From: Gammaproteobacteria bacterium AqS3
Lineage (GTDB): Bacteria; Pseudomonadota; Gammaproteobacteria; MEIF01; AqS3
Length of the DNA: 64,000 nucleotides
Assembly (NCBI GenBank): GCA_001750645.1
Contig: MEIF01000004.1
Location: 1,455 to 65,454, forward strand
Direction of reading: 5' to 3'
In this document: in pieces, positions 59,909 to 64,000 of the stretch
How the letters are laid out: each line of letters begins with the position of its first letter
Position numbering within the stretch: the first letter of the stretch is position 1
Notes under the pieces: generated by a model
What the model was told of the DNA's origin: nothing
Database searches by the model: none
The model's input: only the letters and a program-made list of their open reading frames with translations
Position numbers and translations under genes: made by a program

Positions 59909-61483
59909 TTATTCGATATCAGCCTTGCCGAGAAATCGTTCGGCATCTGAAACATCCAGCTCGCCCGAGATCAGCTTGGGCTGCACGGTGTCCCGGAGTT
60001 GTTGCAGCACGCGGGATTCCTGCTGAAGAACAATCTGTCGATCCACCAGAGGCTGGAATATCTCCCCCAGTTTCTCAAGGGTCGGCAAATCCGGCACCGC
60101 GCATACGGCCCGCTGCAGTTCTCTTTTATCCACGTGTCTGATTACAGTTGATTTGATTTCAGACAGAAACAGCAGCTCAGGAATAAAGTGCTCGACCCAG
60201 CCCGCCACAAACCACAGCGGAACGCCCCTGCCTTCAACCTTGAAAACAGACCGGCCCAATGCGCCCTTGTCACCTGCCCAGTATTTTGCAAAAACTGAAC
60301 CCGTCCATGAAAACAGAAAATCTCCATCACCAACGATGAGATCAGCGGGAGCATTCGATGTATAAAAATCATCATCCGTGTGCCCCTTGAGCAGCTGTGT
60401 GGTGGTGATTAAGGGGATTCTGTCCTTGTCCTCCAAGTGGAGATGTTTGTGACGGCCAGTTCCCTTGATGAAGGAGCCTATTTCATCTAGCGATTTGCAC
60501 TGCCATCCTTTCGGAATTTTTCCAATTTCCGAGCCTGTCCGCTCGTCGGGCAACAGCTTCTTGAGTTCTGGAGCAAGACCGTATAGCGGGGAATCTGTTT
60601 CAGCATAGACGGGGTTAAAATCAACGAACCAGGATTTGAAAACAACTTTGAAAGTTTCCTTCAAAATTTTCACTTTCTTATGATTATGATTGGTCTTATT
60701 TTCTAGTATATCGAGAGTACTAATAATTATTTTCTGTTTTTCAAGGGAAGGAAACTTTACAGGAATATCTAGGAATGCACTGGGTTCTAGCAAATTTACT
60801 GTTGACCAAACAGCCGTTGATAGCCAATAGCTTAGATACTGATCTAGATAATAGAAGAGAAATTTGGTTTGGACTTTATTTTCTGATTTAGATGTTATGC
60901 AATAGGCTGTTTGGTAAAGATTAAAATCACCTGAAACATACTGAAGAGAAACATCTTTATAATTACTTGAAACGATGATCACGGGACAGTCAAATAAATA
61001 CTTGTTGCTTTTTCTGGTCGTGCCTAATTGAGGATATACATTACTTTTCCCGGCATTTTTTCTGGTGGGACTTTCGGCGGCAACATTCGCTATATCTCCC
61101 AATTTCACCTCGCACCACTCACTTGAAAGGGGACTGAGTAGCAACTTCTTTTGCAAGACATAGTGTGCTTTTTGTATGTTTGGTTTGAAGTGTTCAGGAA
61201 TGTCATTCCACACTAATACATCCACCTCAAAAGGAAGATTGCTTTCTTCAAATGCTTCGCGTAGATTGTTTACCTCGCGTTGTTGAATTTTATCAGTAAA
61301 GACTGCTAGGTCTAGGTCTGAGGTGGGGCGGGACTGGAAAGTTATTCGTGATCCAAAAGCCCAAACTAGGGTGTTGGGCAGGTGAATGTTCAATAATTGT
61401 TTGACGAGCTGATAGTGCCCCGTTGTTAAATCAATATTGTCGAATTCTTTCACCTCCACTGACTTGGCCGCTAGCTTTCCCAC
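59909..61483 (-). CDS. MNT nucleotidyltransferase-HsdS fusion protein
   Basis: N-terminal WAFGSR...SDLDLAV...LPFEVDV (minimal nucleotidyltransferase), then W.EVKLGDI, FKSWFVDFNPV, SEIGKIPKGW and LRDTVQPKLISGEL (HsdS). Confidence 0.85.
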   Translation of the reverse strand: MGKLAAKSVEVKEFDNIDLTTGHYQLVKQLLNIHLPNTLVWAFGSRITFQSRPTSDLDLAVFTDKIQQREVNNLREAFEESNLPFEVDVLVWNDIPEHFKPNIQKAHYVLQKKLLLSPLSSEWCEVKLGDIANVAAESPTRKNAGKSNVYPQLGTTRKSNKYLFDCPVIIVSSNYKDVSLQYVSGDFNLYQTAYCITSKSENKVQTKFLFYYLDQYLSYWLSTAVWSTVNLLEPSAFLDIPVKFPSLEKQKIIISTLDILENKTNHNHKKVKILKETFKVVFKSWFVDFNPVYAETDSPLYGLAPELKKLLPDERTGSEIGKIPKGWQCKSLDEIGSFIKGTGRHKHLHLEDKDRIPLITTTQLLKGHTDDDFYTSNAPADLIVGDGDFLFSWTGSVFAKYWAGDKGALGRSVFKVEGRGVPLWFVAGWVEHFIPELLFLSEIKSTVIRHVDKRELQRAVCAVPDLPTLEKLGEIFQPLVDRQIVLQQESRVLQQLRDTVQPKLISGELDVSDAERFLGKADIE

Positions 61484-61893
61484 TCTATACCGGTTACTGC
61501 TTGATACAGTTCTATCGCATCTGCGATAAATTTGGGAATCAGTTCTAATACGTATAGAAGTTTTTCCAGGCTGTAATCATGTGAGGTTGTGTTACGCGCA
61601 TCAACATAATTGAGCCAGCGATCAAGATTTTTGCTTAGCAGTCCATTGTCACCAGCTGTTCTGAACATAAGTTTGGCTCCGTTGCCCGGGTCGGTTACTC
61701 CTAGATCTTCCGTAAGGTGGCGTCTTAGAGCCTTTAATATTGTTTCATAGCATACTTCAAAGGACTGGATCAAGCCCATCTGGGCAAGTTCTTCAAGGTC
61801 ATTGCTATCAGCGAGATGCTTGCCACCTTTGTAGGCTTCATGATAGCGTTGAAGGTTTTTCAGTGAATTTTCAAAGTCAGAGTAGTCAATCAT
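61471..61893 (-). CDS. HI0074-type HEPN toxin-like protein
   Basis: GLIQSFEVCYE and WLNYVDARNTTSHDY with an intact RX4H motif; directly upstream of the MNT domain. Confidence 0.85.
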   Translation of the reverse strand: MIDYSDFENSLKNLQRYHEAYKGGKHLADSNDLEELAQMGLIQSFEVCYETILKALRRHLTEDLGVTDPGNGAKLMFRTAGDNGLLSKNLDRWLNYVDARNTTSHDYSLEKLLYVLELIPKFIADAIELYQAVTGIEWES

Positions 61894-63442
61894 GGTTCGC
61901 CCTCAGTAGCTTGAAGTTTTTGATTATCTGAATGTCTAAATCTTTTCCCTCATTTTGCAAGGTGCCCCATTCTTTCGATAACCGGGTCATTTTTTCATCG
62001 TATGCCTCTTCTTCTTTTTCTTGAGGGGGTGCCATTCCAACATATCTTCCCGGATGTAATAAATAGTCATTCTTTTCAATATCTTCCAGAGAGGCTGCTT
62101 TGCAGAATCCTTTTATGTTCCGGTGGTCTTCGCTGGTTCTCCATACCTGCACAGTATTTTTGATTTTAGCTATATCATCATCATCAAGGGATCGAAGAAA
62201 AGGGGTTTGCATGGAACCCAGCCTGCGGGCATCAATGAACAAAGTTTCACCGCGGCGATCACGGCCGTTGGCAGTTTTATCTTTGGTGAGGATCCATAAA
62301 CACACTGGGGCGCCAGTATTTAGATAAATTTTATCAGGCAGAGTAATTATTATTTCGACTGCATCACTATTGATCATTGACTTGCGAATTTTTCTTTCAT
62401 TATCAGGACGAATAATTAAGGAACGGTTGCTCAGTACCACACCTGCCTGTCCATTTGGTCGAAGCTTCCAAAAAATATGTTGTAGCCAGGCATAATCAGT
62501 ATTATTCAATGACGGCCGACCGAATTGCCAGCGCGGGTTATCTTCGTATTTCTCACGACCCCTATATAAGAGGCTGGCTAAGGGGTTTGCCATGATGTAG
62601 TCAAATTTTAAATTTGAAAATTGATCGTGTTTTAGAGTGTCCGCAGGCTCTCTTCCTAGATCTGCCTCAACGCCGCGAATGATCAAATTCATTGCTGCCA
62701 GTTTCCAAGTGATCGGATCAATCTCTTGTCCATAGAGAGAAATAGCGTCTGCCTGGCCGCCATGAAAATTCACGAATTCTTGACTTTGCACTAGCATTCC
62801 GCCGGTACCACAGCAGGGGTCATAAATTCGCCCCGAATTTGGGGAGAGAATAGTTACCAGAATGTTCACTAAACTGGGAGGGGTATAAAACCCTCCGCTT
62901 CTCCTCCTGTTGGTGTTGGCAAACTGATCTAAAAGATATTTATAAGCTTCAGCTAATAAGTCAGTTGAGCCAAGCAGGTCGGAAGCTCCAATGGTTGACA
63001 GCAGTTCGATTAATTCATTTAGAACTGTCGATTTTGATGGTACCAGATTGAAGCATTTGTCTAGCTTTCCATGCAAAGAAGGGTTTTCTTTTTCGATGGC
63101 AGTTAGTGCAGTGTTGATCAGAGTGCCGATGTCGGGTTGTTTTGCTTTGGACTTCAAAGTCTCCCAGCGCGCTTCTAGCGGTATCCAGAGCACCTTGTTT
63201 TTGGTGTAGTAGTCGCGCTTTTCAATCTCTTTTTCGTATTCAGAGGGGTTGTTGCTAACGAAATGTTCTGATGATGGCTGTGAGACCATGTGCCAAATTT
63301 TGTCACGCTGTTTTCCGAAGATATCGGAAAGATACTTTATAAAGATCAGTCCAAGTATGATGCGTTTGGCATCGGCTCGATCCATCAGGCCGCGAAGCCT
63401 ATCGGTGACCTCCCAAAGGTACTGTCTGAAATCGGAGGTCAT
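61886..63442 (-). CDS. hsdM: HsdM paralogue with degenerate catalytic motif IV (NPLA)
   Basis: Colinear with 58234..59778. GGFYTP and YDPCCGTGGML are retained, but IMANPLAS replaces ILANPPFN. Confidence 0.88.
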   Translation of the reverse strand: MTSDFRQYLWEVTDRLRGLMDRADAKRIILGLIFIKYLSDIFGKQRDKIWHMVSQPSSEHFVSNNPSEYEKEIEKRDYYTKNKVLWIPLEARWETLKSKAKQPDIGTLINTALTAIEKENPSLHGKLDKCFNLVPSKSTVLNELIELLSTIGASDLLGSTDLLAEAYKYLLDQFANTNRRRSGGFYTPPSLVNILVTILSPNSGRIYDPCCGTGGMLVQSQEFVNFHGGQADAISLYGQEIDPITWKLAAMNLIIRGVEADLGREPADTLKHDQFSNLKFDYIMANPLASLLYRGREKYEDNPRWQFGRPSLNNTDYAWLQHIFWKLRPNGQAGVVLSNRSLIIRPDNERKIRKSMINSDAVEIIITLPDKIYLNTGAPVCLWILTKDKTANGRDRRGETLFIDARRLGSMQTPFLRSLDDDDIAKIKNTVQVWRTSEDHRNIKGFCKAASLEDIEKNDYLLHPGRYVGMAPPQEKEEEAYDEKMTRLSKEWGTLQNEGKDLDIQIIKNFKLLRANHD

Positions 63443-63500
63443 CTGGACAGCTCCCTGAAATGACTTCTGTGGACGCAGAGGTCGGTATTTTACAGGAAGT
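63424..63500. repeat. Duplicated hsdM leader/promoter, copy A
   Basis: Direct repeat of 59760-59836, including the minus-strand TAAAAT and the GGGAG RBS. Confidence 0.8.
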
Positions 63501-63553
63501 CGGTTTCTTTGCCGTGAGCAACTCTATCGCCAAACTTGAAGGTAGATATGGAT

Positions 63554-64000
63554 CTAACGCCTCCTCTCATACGGTGGATTGCCGGAACTGTTAGGGAACG
63601 TTAAGACGGGAGTGAATGGAGGATCTATAGCTTCAACAATACGCGCCAAGTGAGTCCCTGTTATTTTTTCGGAAACTTTTATGGCCTGAACGCCTCCCAG
63701 CATGGCCATTGGATCTTTGTTGCCAAATTTGAGAGGGACAATTTTGAGATGTCTACTTTCCTCCTGTTCCTTTTGCTGCAGCTGGTGCAGGCGTGCCACT
63801 GCATAGCCGCACTCTTGATGACAGTAAACACTGTTTTGAAAGTTATCCGATAAGCAAGGCATGAAAACACGCATGTTATTTAGTTTGTCTTTGATTTTGT
63901 CTGACCAGTCAGCACCGCCATGAATCGTATCGTGTGCCACAAAACATCCATAACCTAATAAGAAAAGATAGTCAGATAACTTGGTGGCGAGCTTTTTGTC
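63554..64000 (-). CDS. TIR-domain protein (5' end outside the window)
   Basis: The frame is open from 64000: DKKLATKLSDYL..LGYGCFVAHDTI.GG.DW...I...L...VFMPCLSDNF.NS.YCHQECGYA, which includes the TIR catalytic Glu. Confidence 0.82.
   Translation of the reverse strand, partial: DKKLATKLSDYLFLLGYGCFVAHDTIHGGADWSDKIKDKLNNMRVFMPCLSDNFQNSVYCHQECGYAVARLHQLQQKEQEESRHLKIVPLKFGNKDPMAMLGGVQAIKVSEKITGTHLARIVEAIDPPFTPVLTFPNSSGNPPYERRR

Larger units (their letters stand above)
43986..64000. mobile_element. Low-GC defence island at the glmS 3' end (right boundary outside the window)
   Basis: Abrupt switch to AT-rich sequence right after the glmS stop, with clustered defence genes. No integrase or transposase lies in the window. 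Confidence 0.7.

Noticed and set aside
56458-61483. hsdS shufflon (invertible TRDs)
   Set aside because: Both hsdS genes are in the same orientation, with no inverted repeats or recombinase seen and only modest DNA identity in the conserved regions.
58234-63442. Known two-methylase m6A/m4C type I system
   Set aside because: Those systems have two catalytically intact NPP(F/Y) subunits with one HsdS. Here the second M has NPLA and its own HEPN and S genes.

Overview
High-GC gammaproteobacterial chromosome segment, judged from rpoH, gshA, gatCAB, ilvIH-ilvC-pssA, pckA and glmS. It has three parts. (1) 1-15.9 kb: the 5'-truncated gene for a >5200-aa surface adhesin with Calx-beta/cadherin-like repeats, five interspersed divergent 4-Cys modules and a C-terminal outer-membrane barrel. 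(2) 16-44 kb: housekeeping genes, tRNA-fMet, a small AT-rich patch with a degenerate Ala-type tRNA-like element, a CCA-enzyme homologue lacking its polymerase head, and a secreted coiled-coil repeat protein. (3) 44-64 kb: a low-GC defence island starting 24 bp after the glmS stop. It holds Zorya type II, a T5orf172/GIY-YIG protein, four membrane-anchored MORN-repeat paralogues, a NucS-like nuclease, a type I R-M locus and a partial TIR protein. The most unusual feature is the type I locus: two tandem hsdM-HEPN-hsdS modules share one hsdR and have degenerated in a complementary way. One has an NPPF methylase, a divergent HEPN and an hsdS split at a C8 tract. The other has an NPLA pseudo-methylase, an intact RNTTSH HEPN and an MNT antitoxin fused to a divergent HsdS. 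All calls come from motif recognition by eye; no database searches were run.
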